In this document: positions 1 to 9,461 of the stretch, piece by piece | Position numbering within the stretch: position 1 is the first letter of the stretch | Layout of the letters: each line of letters starts with the position of its first letter | Origin: Candidatus Cloacimonadales bacterium | Lineage (GTDB): Bacteria > Cloacimonadota > Cloacimonadia > Cloacimonadales > JAFGVF01 | Direction: 5' to 3' | Length of the DNA: 64,000 nucleotides | Assembly: GCA_963677495.2 (NCBI GenBank) | Contig: CAXXOU010000001.1 | Coordinates: forward strand, 416,001-480,000 | Position numbers and translations under genes: made by a program | The notes under the pieces: generated by a model | What the model was told of the DNA's origin: nothing | Databases searched by the model: none | What the model saw: the letters and a program-made list of their open reading frames with translations, nothing else

Positions 1-366
1 GGTAGCTACTTTATCAGCACCAAGTTCCAATATAGCATTAAGAAATGCTCCCCATTTAATAGTAGGATTACACAAAGTACAAGGATTAGGAGTTCTTGCA
101 GATTTATACTCTTCTACAAATTGCTTCACCACAATCTCGTCAAACTTATCTCTGAGGTCTATTACATGATGCTCAATTCCTAGGAAGTCAGCTACTTTTC
201 GTGCATCTCTGATAGCTTGCTCTATTCCCGCATGCTCTTCATAACCAAATCTCTTGTCATCAAACTGACGCATAGTAAAGCCAACAATCTCATGCCCCGT
301 ATTCAAAAGGAGTTGTGCTGCTGCTGAGCTATCAACTCCACCACTCATTGCAACTGCTATTTTCAT
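1..366 (-). CDS. mnmA: tRNA 2-thiouridine(34) synthase MnmA, 5' part (runs off the window edge)
   Basis: Manual translation from ATG at 366: MKIAVAMSGGVDSSAAAQLL...RTPNPCTLCNPTIKWG. Has the SGGxDS PP-loop and the TPNPC..CN motif. Absent from the ORF track because it is truncated. Confidence 0.93.
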   Translation of the reverse strand, partial: MKIAVAMSGGVDSSAAAQLLLNTGHEIVGFTMRQFDDKRFGYEEHAGIEQAIRDARKVADFLGIEHHVIDLRDKFDEIVVKQFVEEYKSARTPNPCTLCNPTIKWGAFLNAILELGADKVAT

Positions 367-381
367 GTATATATCCTCAAT

Positions 382-1635
382 CTATGATGAAATACGCTCT
401 ATGTCAGCACCAATTGCTTTAAGTTTACGCTCAATATGGTCATAACCTCTATCAATATGATAGATACGGGCTATTTCAGTTTCACCTTCAGCTGCAAGAC
501 CGGCAAGAACAAGAGCAGCACTTGCACGTAAGTCAGTAGCCATTACCGGAGCTCCACTCAGTGTATTAACACCATTGATTAGTGCGACTTTGTTTTGGAT
601 TCTAACATCTGCCTGCAACCTATTCAATTCAGCAACATGCATGAATCTATCAGGGAATACTCTATCTTCAACTGAGCATGAGCCTTCCGCCATGCACATA
701 TAAGCTAAGAACTGTGCTTGAAGGTCAGTAGGGAAAGCTGGATATGGATTAGCAATCATATTCACCGGCTTAATCTTCTCAGCAGGAATTAAAGTAATGT
801 TACCACCATCTATTTCGAACTTACAACCTGCTTGTCTCATTTTATCAATAAGGCTTTGGATATGCTCTACAATGCAATTTTCAACAGTTATCTTACTCTT
901 TGTAATTGCACCGGCAAGCAGGAATGTGCCAGCTTCTATTCTGTCAGGAATCATCTCTGCACCAACGGGGAAAAGCTCTTCTACACCCTCAATAACAAGA
1001 TGTGTAGTGCCAAGTCCTGTAATCTTACCACCCATTTTATTTAAGAATTCAGCTGTGGCAACAACTTCAGGTTCTGTAGCAGCATTGTAGATGTTGGTAG
1101 TTCCTTCAGCCTTAACAGCTGCCATCATTGCATTGATAGTAGCACCAACACTCACTTTCTCGAAGTTAATGTCTGCTCCAACAAGCTTCTCAGCAGTAGC
1201 ATAAATATAGCCATGCTTTATCTCAATTTTTGCACCTAACTGCTCCATTGCCATTAAATGAAGATCGACCGGACGTGTTCCAATTGCACAACCACCGGGA
1301 AAAGATACCTTTGCTTCACCAAGTCGGGCTAAAAGTGGTCCCAATACCCACACAGATGCTCTCATCTTACTCACAAGCTCATACGGAGCCTCCGGGAAAC
1401 ATACATCTTTTGCATCAATCTTAAGCGATTCATCACTATATTCGATTCTTGCTCCAATGACTCTCAGCAGATGTGCCATTGATTTAATATCATTTAGTTT
1501 AGGAACATTGGTTAGAACAGAGCGTCCCTCTGCGAGTAATGTAGCTGCCATGATAGGAAGTACTGCATTTTTAGCTCCGCTAACACGAATTGTTCCACTA
1601 AGTTTCTTTCCACCCCTGATTAAAAACTTATCCAT
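382..1635 (-). CDS. murA: UDP-N-acetylglucosamine 1-carboxyvinyltransferase
   Basis: SGAKNA, PGGCAIGTRP (active-site Cys), FPTDLQAQ, ATDLRA, HIDRGY; 417 aa. Confidence 0.98.
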   Translation of the reverse strand: MDKFLIRGGKKLSGTIRVSGAKNAVLPIMAATLLAEGRSVLTNVPKLNDIKSMAHLLRVIGARIEYSDESLKIDAKDVCFPEAPYELVSKMRASVWVLGPLLARLGEAKVSFPGGCAIGTRPVDLHLMAMEQLGAKIEIKHGYIYATAEKLVGADINFEKVSVGATINAMMAAVKAEGTTNIYNAATEPEVVATAEFLNKMGGKITGLGTTHLVIEGVEELFPVGAEMIPDRIEAGTFLLAGAITKSKITVENCIVEHIQSLIDKMRQAGCKFEIDGGNITLIPAEKIKPVNMIANPYPAFPTDLQAQFLAYMCMAEGSCSVEDRVFPDRFMHVAELNRLQADVRIQNKVALINGVNTLSGAPVMATDLRASAALVLAGLAAEGETEIARIYHIDRGYDHIERKLKAIGADIERISS

Positions 1636-1645
1636 CTCACATCCT

Positions 1646-2509
1646 TTATAGAAGTTTAAATATATCTAATTCTTTATCATTTCGTTTGATTCTAATATAC
1701 CGGTCTTTATCGCACAAATCCTGAAATGTGTCAATATCCATATAACCATATTTCTTTGCCAATTTCTCAATTGCCGGAGCTTGCTCCTCTCCAATCTCAA
1801 AAAAGATGGTTCCATTCTCTGTTAAATACTCTTTCGAATCTTTAATTATTCTATCGTAGAAATCTAATCCCTCCATCTCTGCCAGCAAAGCACTTTGAGG
1901 TTCGAATTCAAGCACTTCTTTGGGGAGTACTTCATAATCAGCTTGCTTGATATAAGGTGGATTAGAGACGATTAAATCGAATTTCTTCTCTTTTATAGGA
2001 AATATATCAGCTTCAATGAAATTAATCACTAAACCGTTGTTTTTGGCGTTCTCAAGAGCTACTTGAATAGCTTCAGCTGAAATATCAGTCGCATACACTT
2101 CTGCTTTAGGATAGATGCTCTTCAAAGCTATGGCAATTGCACCGGAACCTGTCCCAATATCCAGTATCCGCTTTGGCTCTAATGGACTATTCTTTATGTA
2201 ATCAACCAATAACTCTGTTTCAGGTCTTGGGATTAAGACAGCAGGTGTGATTCGCAAGGTATAATCTAAAAAATCTGTCTCTCCGATAATGTATTGAACG
2301 GGCTCATGCTTCTCACGTCTTTCAATCAGCTCAAAGAACTCAGTCTCCTTCTCGGAAAGCATCGGTTCAAAGCAATGCGCATGAATCTCAAGTCTTTTAA
2401 TCCCTGTTACATGTTCAAGCAGTAATTCCGCTTCTAAAAAAGGATTCTCTGTACCAGCTTTCTGTAATGAGCTTATCCCAAGATTAAGTGTTTCTAAAAT
2501 GTTACGCAT
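1646..2509 (-). CDS. prmC: Release factor glutamine methyltransferase
   Basis: VLIPRPETE, LDIGTGSGAI SAM motif, SNPPY, FEIG. Confidence 0.96.
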   Translation of the reverse strand: MRNILETLNLGISSLQKAGTENPFLEAELLLEHVTGIKRLEIHAHCFEPMLSEKETEFFELIERREKHEPVQYIIGETDFLDYTLRITPAVLIPRPETELLVDYIKNSPLEPKRILDIGTGSGAIAIALKSIYPKAEVYATDISAEAIQVALENAKNNGLVINFIEADIFPIKEKKFDLIVSNPPYIKQADYEVLPKEVLEFEPQSALLAEMEGLDFYDRIIKDSKEYLTENGTIFFEIGEEQAPAIEKLAKKYGYMDIDTFQDLCDKDRYIRIKRNDKELDIFKLL

Positions 2510-2624
2510 ATGAAATCACTGTTCTAATTGCCTAATCTTGGCAAGTGATTTGTTTAGATGATACTTATTTAATAGTAAAACAGACATCTGTACGATCTAT
2601 ATAAAGTACTCCATTATTGCAGAA

Positions 2625-2835
2625 GTAAATTACCAATGTATACACCTTATAATGAGATTAAGGATATTCATAATTTGGGGACTATCACCAATAATTGTCT
2701 TACCTATACTATGCATTAACTCTCCGTTTGTATAGTTCTAGCTTATTTCACTTCGATGAAGTTCAATAAGAGCTTTCTCCAACTCATTAAGTTTAGAGTA
2801 TATATTGGCAATGTTGTCAATAATTCTTAACGATC
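2625..2835 (-). pseudogene. Possible decayed remnant of a TPR-sigma54 activator gene
   Basis: Minus-strand fragments DNIANIYSKLNELEKALIE (TPR-like) and MHSIGKTIIGDSPQIMNILNLI (like the start of a bEBP AAA+ domain), broken by stops. Confidence 0.35.
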
Positions 2836-2984
2836 AAGTCTTGTATTAATCTTCATTGCTTGATAGGATGATTGATTTAACTAGATAAAGGAGAGTAATG
2901 ACAGGGATAGGTATTGATATAACCCATAAAAATTATTGCATCAAGACCAATTTATTGTCATAATTTAGATAGAGGTGATTTTAT

Positions 2985-4829
2985 ATGGAACTAAAAAAAG
3001 ACATTAACTTTTTCGGAGTATTCAGTATCGCAACCGGAGCGATGATTAGTTCCGGTATCTTTATTCTTCCCGGTCTAGCATTTAAGATGGTTTCGGAGGG
3101 TATTTTTATTGCTTATTTGCTAGCAGGATTCTTAGCTCTTCTTGGGGTACTAAGTGTCATTGAGCTAGCTACTGCAATGCCCAAATCCGGCGGGGACTTC
3201 TACTTCATAAACAAGACTTTTGGACCGCTTTTGGGTACAGTCTCCGGATTTTTAGGATGGTTTACATTGTCACTTAAAAGTGCCTTTGCCATCTTTGGTA
3301 TCTCTGAGATAATACTAATATTCTTCGGAGTTAGTCCACTAATATCAGGATTGATTTTATGTTCCATTTTTGTAGTGATAAACATCTTTGGAGTAAAGGA
3401 AGCAGTAGCCTTTCAGAACATACTTGTTACTGGATTACTTCTACTCATGGCTGCCTACATTATCATGGGCTTCCCAAACATAGAAACCTCAAGAATTGCT
3501 AATCCTTTATCCTCAGGGATCAATAACTTAATAGTAACTGCAGGTTTTGTCTTTATTGCATATGGAGGATTACTCCAAGTTGTGAACGTATCTGAGGAGA
3601 TTAAAAACCCTAAACGTAATATCCCTTTAGGGATTATTTCATCTATCACAGTTGTCACAATAATTTACTCAATTATGACCTATATTATGACAGGAACTTT
3701 AGCTCCTGAACTCTTCAGTGGTTCCCTAACACCTGTAGCTGATTCCGCAAAAACCTTTGCAGGAGGTATAGGTTTCTGGGTAATTAGTATAGCTTCTTTA
3801 ATAGCCTTTGTTACAACAGCTAATGCCGGAATAATGGCTGCCTCCAGATATCCTCTTGCATTAAGTAGAGAGAAATTGCTACCGGAATCTATATCTAAAA
3901 TAAATCAACGTTTCAATACTCCGTCAATAGCCATTATTCTTACAGGTGCATTCATATATCTATCATTGTTACTTCCTCTGGAGATGCTAGTTAAGGCAGC
4001 GTCTACTGTTGTATTGACTTCTTATGTTCTTACCAATATTGCGGTGATAATCTTTAGAGAAAGCCATATTATCAACTATAAACCAAGTTTTAAGACTCCG
4101 CTCTATCCTTGGATACAGATTATTACAATAATCTCTTTCATGCTGATTATAGCTGATATTGGGATGCAAGCTGTTGAGATAAGCTTATCACTCATAGTTG
4201 TTAGTGTTGTTATATATTTTTTCTACGGTAGAAAAGCTAAGAATAAAGAATATGCCTTCCTACATCTTATGAAACGGATTGTAGATAGTAAATTAACTCA
4301 CAATGTTTTAGAGGATGAACTTCGTGATGTAATCATCAATCGCGATAGCATTGAACAGGATAATTTCGACAGACTTATTAAATCTGCAATTATTATCGAT
4401 AGAGATAAGGCTATGAGTTATCATGAGCTAATCGAAAGTATATCAGATACTATTGTTGAAACTACCGGATTAGCTCCTGCGCAGATAATCAAACAATTTG
4501 AAGAGGCTCAGCAAAGAACGAACTTCGCTATCTCAGAGTTTCTTGCAATCCCCCATATCCTCATTGATGGAGAGAACATTTCATTCCTGATAATCGTTCG
4601 TGATAAAGAGGGAGTTAAGTTCACTGAAGAAGAGAATTGTGTAAAGGCTATCTTTGTAATGGGTGGTACACATGACAGAAGAGTTACGCATATAAGAAAC
4701 ATAGCTTCAATAGCATCTTTGGTTTATGAAGATGATTTCCAGGAAAAATGGTTGAAGGCTAAGAATGATATTGAACTGAGGAGTATTATGCTTCTCAGTA
4801 GTAGAAGAAGATACTTTACCTCCAAGTAG
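2985..4829 (+). CDS. APC-family amino acid permease fused to a C-terminal PTS EIIA(Ntr/Fru)-like domain
   Basis: GAMISSGIF, ELATAMPKSGG, SEEIKNPKRNIP, ~12 TM segments; C-terminal LAIPH motif. Confidence 0.88.
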   Translation: MELKKDINFFGVFSIATGAMISSGIFILPGLAFKMVSEGIFIAYLLAGFLALLGVLSVIELATAMPKSGGDFYFINKTFGPLLGTVSGFLGWFTLSLKSAFAIFGISEIILIFFGVSPLISGLILCSIFVVINIFGVKEAVAFQNILVTGLLLLMAAYIIMGFPNIETSRIANPLSSGINNLIVTAGFVFIAYGGLLQVVNVSEEIKNPKRNIPLGIISSITVVTIIYSIMTYIMTGTLAPELFSGSLTPVADSAKTFAGGIGFWVISIASLIAFVTTANAGIMAASRYPLALSREKLLPESISKINQRFNTPSIAIILTGAFIYLSLLLPLEMLVKAASTVVLTSYVLTNIAVIIFRESHIINYKPSFKTPLYPWIQIITIISFMLIIADIGMQAVEISLSLIVVSVVIYFFYGRKAKNKEYAFLHLMKRIVDSKLTHNVLEDELRDVIINRDSIEQDNFDRLIKSAIIIDRDKAMSYHELIESISDTIVETTGLAPAQIIKQFEEAQQRTNFAISEFLAIPHILIDGENISFLIIVRDKEGVKFTEEENCVKAIFVMGGTHDRRVTHIRNIASIASLVYEDDFQEKWLKAKNDIELRSIMLLSSRRRYFTSK

Positions 4830-5002
4830 TTATCTCTATTGTAGCTTACATCCAAAGTTGAGATTAGTTCATACAAAATTAACAAAGAAGTTAAGATGTT
4901 TTATAGCATTTATTTATCTTCATTTTTAGGCAATGGGGCAAACTCATAATTCTTGACTATTTACTAAATACAATTATTGATATTAAAAAACTAGAAAAAG
5001 GT

Positions 5003-5704
5003 ATGTCAATGAACTATATAAAATATGAGATTAACTCTTTAATTGCTGAGGTTATAGGAACTTTTGCATTGGTTTTCTTTGGTTGTGGAGCCATTATTGT
5101 GAATAATCTATTTGGTGGTGTTATCGGGCACTTTGGGATTGCAATGGCATTCGGTGTCATTGTAATGGCAATGATATACTCGATAGGTAATATTTCCGGT
5201 GCACATCTTAACCCTGCTGTTACGATAGGATTTGTTGTTGCCGGTAGGATAAAAGTAAAGAAGGCAGTTCCATATATCATAGCACAACTTCTGGGTGCTT
5301 TTATTGCATCCTCAGTTCATAAATTAGCTTTCCCTCAACATGCAACACTAGGGGCAACTCTTCCTGCTACTTCAATCACTCCAATTTTTGCATTTATTGT
5401 AGAGATAGTACTCACATTTGTTCTTATGTTTGTGATTGTAAACGTCTCATCAGGACATAAAGAGAAGGGAATCATGGCAGGTGTAGCTATTGGTGCAACA
5501 GTTTTCCTTGCAGCCTTAGTAGGTGGTCCATTATGTGGTGCTTCTATGAATCCTGCAAGATCACTTGCTCCAACTATTGTGAGTTTGAACCTTCAACATC
5601 TGTGGTTATACATTGTAGGTCCCATAATCGGAGCAGTTCTAGCAGCTCCAATGTGTAGAGTTATTCAAGGGAAAGAGTGTTGTCATGTGAATGCAGTAGA
5701 GTAG
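5003..5704 (+). CDS. MIP family channel (aquaporin/NIP-like)
   Basis: SGAHLNPAVT and GASMNPARS (two NPA motifs), 6 TM segments. Confidence 0.95.
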   Translation: MSMNYIKYEINSLIAEVIGTFALVFFGCGAIIVNNLFGGVIGHFGIAMAFGVIVMAMIYSIGNISGAHLNPAVTIGFVVAGRIKVKKAVPYIIAQLLGAFIASSVHKLAFPQHATLGATLPATSITPIFAFIVEIVLTFVLMFVIVNVSSGHKEKGIMAGVAIGATVFLAALVGGPLCGASMNPARSLAPTIVSLNLQHLWLYIVGPIIGAVLAAPMCRVIQGKECCHVNAVE

Positions 5705-5710
5705 TTTCTA

Positions 5711-5805
5711 CAAAGACACACAGGGACTTACAGGGACAAACAGAGGCTTGCAGTTTAAGTCTCTTAGGATGATATCTCTATCACTGTTAGTCCCTATGTC
5801 CCTGC
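5711..5805. repeat. 10-bp-phased CAGGGAC-type repeats with inverted GTCCCT copies between convergent genes
   Basis: caaagac 5711, cagggac 5721, cagggac 5731, cagaggc 5741; gtccctatgtccctg near 5790. Confidence 0.55.
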
Positions 5806-5808
5806 TCT

Positions 5809-6801
5809 TTAATAAGCTACTTCCACCTTCCCAACAACCGTCCCCACATCATTGCAATTATCCATTTCGATAAACCTGCTAAGATTAGCAGTTTCCTCTT
5901 CAGTCAATAATCCCAGATCTGTTAATGTCCTCATTATTACAGGAGGAATAACCGCCATAGATCCTGATTCTATCTTAAGTGCTATCCCGATATCTTTTTC
6001 TTTGATACCTACACAATAAACGCCTTCAGCTCCGACTTTTCCGATTAGCTTACCATTTGTGTGTTTAATCAGCTCAGTACAGAAACCACCTGTGCCGGAG
6101 ATCATCATAGGATGGGAAATCATACTTGCAAAGATTGTATTGGAAGCATTTTGGAGTTCCTCTGACAGCTTTTGAGGATTCGCAAGATTCCTATACCCAA
6201 TTGCCATGTTTATTAGTGGAAACGCATGTACGGGTGCTGAACAACCATCTATCCCAATTTGTATTGAGTCCTTATCTACTTCACAGAAGGTGGTAATATT
6301 AGCTAAAATGGACTGTTGACATGGATGAATAGGATTTAGGTAATCACTTATCGAGAAATAGTTATTCATGCACACAGCCAGCATACCCGACTGCTTGCCG
6401 GAACAGTCATTGAATCGTTCATCAACTTTAATTCCAGCTTCCGCCTGTTGGATTGCGATACTACTATTAAGGGAATGAGAAACACCACCTAAGATGTCAT
6501 GCTTATTAAGCCCAATCTTATCCAATATTGCTTGTACTATTTCAATATGCCACTCTTCAGCATAATGAGAAGAACACATAACTGCGATCTCTTTAGCAGT
6601 GAAATTATAGTTCTTAGCAGCACCGGAAGTAATAACATGAATCGCTTGAATCGGTTTAGCAGCTGACCTAAAATAAGTTACTTTTTGGGGATTACCAAGT
6701 GAATAAATAACCTCACCCTCTCCATTTACAACAACCAAATCTCCTCTATGGATGCTCTCAACAACATCCCCTCTAGTAACATGTATCAAAGGAACTGACA
6801 T
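5809..6801 (-). CDS. L-asparaginase II family protein
   Basis: RGDVVESIHRG, RSAAKPIQA, CSSH, NDCSGK, DGCSAP, KVGAEG. Confidence 0.92.
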   Translation of the reverse strand: MSVPLIHVTRGDVVESIHRGDLVVVNGEGEVIYSLGNPQKVTYFRSAAKPIQAIHVITSGAAKNYNFTAKEIAVMCSSHYAEEWHIEIVQAILDKIGLNKHDILGGVSHSLNSSIAIQQAEAGIKVDERFNDCSGKQSGMLAVCMNNYFSISDYLNPIHPCQQSILANITTFCEVDKDSIQIGIDGCSAPVHAFPLINMAIGYRNLANPQKLSEELQNASNTIFASMISHPMMISGTGGFCTELIKHTNGKLIGKVGAEGVYCVGIKEKDIGIALKIESGSMAVIPPVIMRTLTDLGLLTEEETANLSRFIEMDNCNDVGTVVGKVEVAY

Positions 6802-6959
6802 TTCCCATCTCCTAAAGCATTTTCACCACTCAAAATGCAGAGTTAACAGTGTCAATAAGATTTATGTTTTCTTCATTTCAGGCCAAAATTACTCTTATTT
6901 ACCCCACAAATTATTGTACTCTTATGGTGAAAAATAGAGGTTTCCCATGCTTTTTGTTT

Positions 6960-7200
6960 TAATGAAGTCCGTTTCCGCTTAGCAAGCTACAGCATCCGAC
7001 AAACTCCATAAAACAGATTTCCGCCAAATCTGCCTAGTTTGAATTTTCTCTATTTCCACTTCTCGTTACCTTCTTCTCTTTACCTTATCTCATCAAGAGC
7101 TTCTTTGCACCGTTAAATAAGTTATGCACACGATGTGGATAACTTTAGGGGTTCATAGGGAGGGTCTAGGGAGGCTAAAGGGAGGGACAAGCGAGATTCT
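6960..7200. repeat. Intergenic repeat: inverted 5' fragment of the ~200-bp element plus an 11-bp-phased AGGGAG array with a paired DnaA-box-like core
   Basis: Reverse complement ggagtttgtcgg...aacggacttc matches 28057-28090; TTATGCACA 7122-7130 and TGTGGATAA 7134-7142; agggag-type units at 7157, 7168, 7179, 7190; homologous to the reverse strand of 46745-46845. Confidence 0.7.
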
Positions 7201-7380
7201 AGGTTTTTGATGCAGCACGTACCAGACTTGTAGCAAAAAAGAAAACGTAAAACGTCTCTCTTGGGCGTTTATCCCGGATTTACTTTTACAGTATAAAAGC
7301 ATTGGATAACTGGCACACACTTGTTATTGGAAAACTCTAACCTTCGCGTATGTGACACGGGACAACCGATTTATGTGTTA

Positions 7381-7450
7381 CGTTCTCGCGTCAAGAACCT
7401 TCGCATACAAACTACGGCTTCTCAGGTGCTATCGCTACACCGTAAGTCCG
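7381..7450 (+). repeat. 3' part of the ~200-bp element carrying a 33-bp REP-like insert
   Basis: cgttctcgcgtca[agaaccttcgcatacaaactacggcttctcagg]tgctatcgc...aagtccg; the insert is absent from the copies at 27.9-28.2 kb and 52.3 kb and present at 55021-55052. Confidence 0.75.
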
Positions 7451-7528
7451 TGATAATTCCCGCGAAATGCACCATTTGGAAGGTCTGCGACCATTACGAA
7501 GGTACAGGTTATTGAGATAGATAAAGTA

Positions 7529-7551
7529 AAGCCTGCTGTGGAAGCAGGCTT
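7529..7551. terminator. Stem-loop downstream of the GH3 gene (probable end of the minus-strand glucan operon)
   Basis: AAGCCTGCT-gtgga-AGCAGGCTT. Confidence 0.6.
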
Positions 7552-7597
7552 ATCCGTATAGATAGAATATTTAGGGTGTTTTTGGTAAGGATTGTGT

Positions 7598-9436
7598 TTA
7601 TATGTATTTTAATCCAAATCCATACGGGAATAATGGGTTATAGTCTTTATCTCCATAGTTCCAGTTCTCATCATCATATCTAGGCCAGGAGAAGGTTAAT
7701 TTTCCATTGAAGTTATAATCCCCAAACAGGACATCTGCAACACCGCTACCTTCAGAACCCGGTAACCAGGCTACAACGAAGGCATCAGATGCATCTATTT
7801 CATCATTTATAACTAAAGGTCTTCCACATACCATTACAGCAATGACAGGAATTCCTTTCTCGCGAATACTTATAATAGTAGCTAAATCTTCCGGATGGAG
7901 TTCATGATGATAAAGGTGAGTTCCATATGGCCCCTCTTTCATGATTGGAAAAGGTTCTTCCGGAGCATGCATAACAGAGGTAGAACCACAGCTAATCTTG
8001 ATACCTTTTTCAAGTCCGGGGACACGTAAATCACCTTCCATCTCAGCATAGGGGGTCTCACCGATTACAACTATTGCAACATCATGTTTAGATGAATCTG
8101 CCGTATCTCCATTAATGGAAAGTTCGGAGTTTGGAGCAATCGCTTGGATACCTTCCCAGATGGAAGTTCCACCAATAATCTCTTCATTAGTCTTAACACC
8201 TTGCCATTCGATAGTGAAACCACCGCACTGGTGTCCACGGTTGTTGGCATTTTTACCTGCCACAAGAATACGGGCATTTTTACTTAATGGTAATAGATTG
8301 TTTTCATTCTTAAGTAGAACAAGGGATTTACGGACAGCTTCTCTAGCAACTTCTCGATGAGCATCGCAACCGAAGACTGAATGGTCATTGGAATACTTAC
8401 GCTCAGATGGGCGCGGTTTGTCGAAGAGTCCGGAAGTAAACTTAACTCTAAGAACTCTTCTAACGGCATCATCAAGACGTTCCACTGGTATTCTACCTGA
8501 AGCGATGTGTGCTTTAACGAGTTCGATGAACTCTCTCCACTTCTCTGTTACCATAAATAGGTCTATCCCTGCATTAACAGACATAGCAACTGCTTCACTG
8601 AAGTCATCATCAAGATAGCCGATGCCATCCCAGTCCGAAACAACAAAGCCCTCGAATCCCAACTCTCTTTTTAAGACATCAGTAATGAGGTATTTGTGAC
8701 CATGTAGTTTCTCTTGATTCCAGCTACTCAGTGAAATCATTACTGTTTGAACTCCTGCATCTATTGCAGCTTTATAAGGTGGAAGATGAAGTTCTCTTAA
8801 CTCAGATTCAGTGATGCAAGCGTCTCCCTGATCGATACCATGAAGGGTCGCACCATCTCCAATCCAATGCTTAACGCAAGCAATCACGTTCTCATCATTA
8901 AAGTTACCTTGTAGTCCTTTCACAAAACGTGGAGCATACTTCGATACAATATCAGGAATCTCAGCATAGCTTTCATAAGTTCTACCCCAATGGTCGTTTC
9001 TTGCAACTGCTAATGTTGGTGCAAATGTCCAGTCAACACTAGTAGCAACAATCTCTTTTGCTGTTGCTTGAGCAATCTTCTCTAAAAGGTCAGGGTCGTT
9101 AGCTGCACCAAGTCCAATATTATGAGGGAAGACAACTGAGCCTTTGACATTGGTATTACCATGAATGGCATCCACACCATATACAAGTGGAATTGCAATA
9201 TGGTTTTCATCTTCATCCATAGAAGCAGCCCAATATGCATCATTCATTTCAACCCAGTCTTCGAGTCTGTTCTCACCCGGGGTTGAACCCCCACCACTTA
9301 GAACAGAACCAATATGGAACTGTTTTACCTCTTCCGGAGTAACAAACTCACGCTCCGGTTGAACAATCTGACCAACTTTTTGGTCTAAGTTCATCCGAAA
9401 CATTAACTCATCTATTTTCTGTTCGATTGTTTTCAT
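7598..9436 (-). CDS. GH3 beta-glucosidase / exo-1,3-beta-glucanase, cytoplasmic
   Basis: YGVDAIHG, WGRTYES, CVKHWIGDG, VVSDW nucleophile, AWLPGSEG; no signal peptide. Confidence 0.93.
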   Translation of the reverse strand: MKTIEQKIDELMFRMNLDQKVGQIVQPEREFVTPEEVKQFHIGSVLSGGGSTPGENRLEDWVEMNDAYWAASMDEDENHIAIPLVYGVDAIHGNTNVKGSVVFPHNIGLGAANDPDLLEKIAQATAKEIVATSVDWTFAPTLAVARNDHWGRTYESYAEIPDIVSKYAPRFVKGLQGNFNDENVIACVKHWIGDGATLHGIDQGDACITESELRELHLPPYKAAIDAGVQTVMISLSSWNQEKLHGHKYLITDVLKRELGFEGFVVSDWDGIGYLDDDFSEAVAMSVNAGIDLFMVTEKWREFIELVKAHIASGRIPVERLDDAVRRVLRVKFTSGLFDKPRPSERKYSNDHSVFGCDAHREVAREAVRKSLVLLKNENNLLPLSKNARILVAGKNANNRGHQCGGFTIEWQGVKTNEEIIGGTSIWEGIQAIAPNSELSINGDTADSSKHDVAIVVIGETPYAEMEGDLRVPGLEKGIKISCGSTSVMHAPEEPFPIMKEGPYGTHLYHHELHPEDLATIISIREKGIPVIAVMVCGRPLVINDEIDASDAFVVAWLPGSEGSGVADVLFGDYNFNGKLTFSWPRYDDENWNYGDKDYNPLFPYGFGLKYI

Positions 9437-9461
9437 TTATATATCCTTAATTATTTTAAGC

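Noticed and set aside
7100..7200. Chromosomal replication origin
   Set aside because: Only two DnaA-like boxes, repeated at other loci, with no dnaA/dnaN/gidA context or clear unwinding element.
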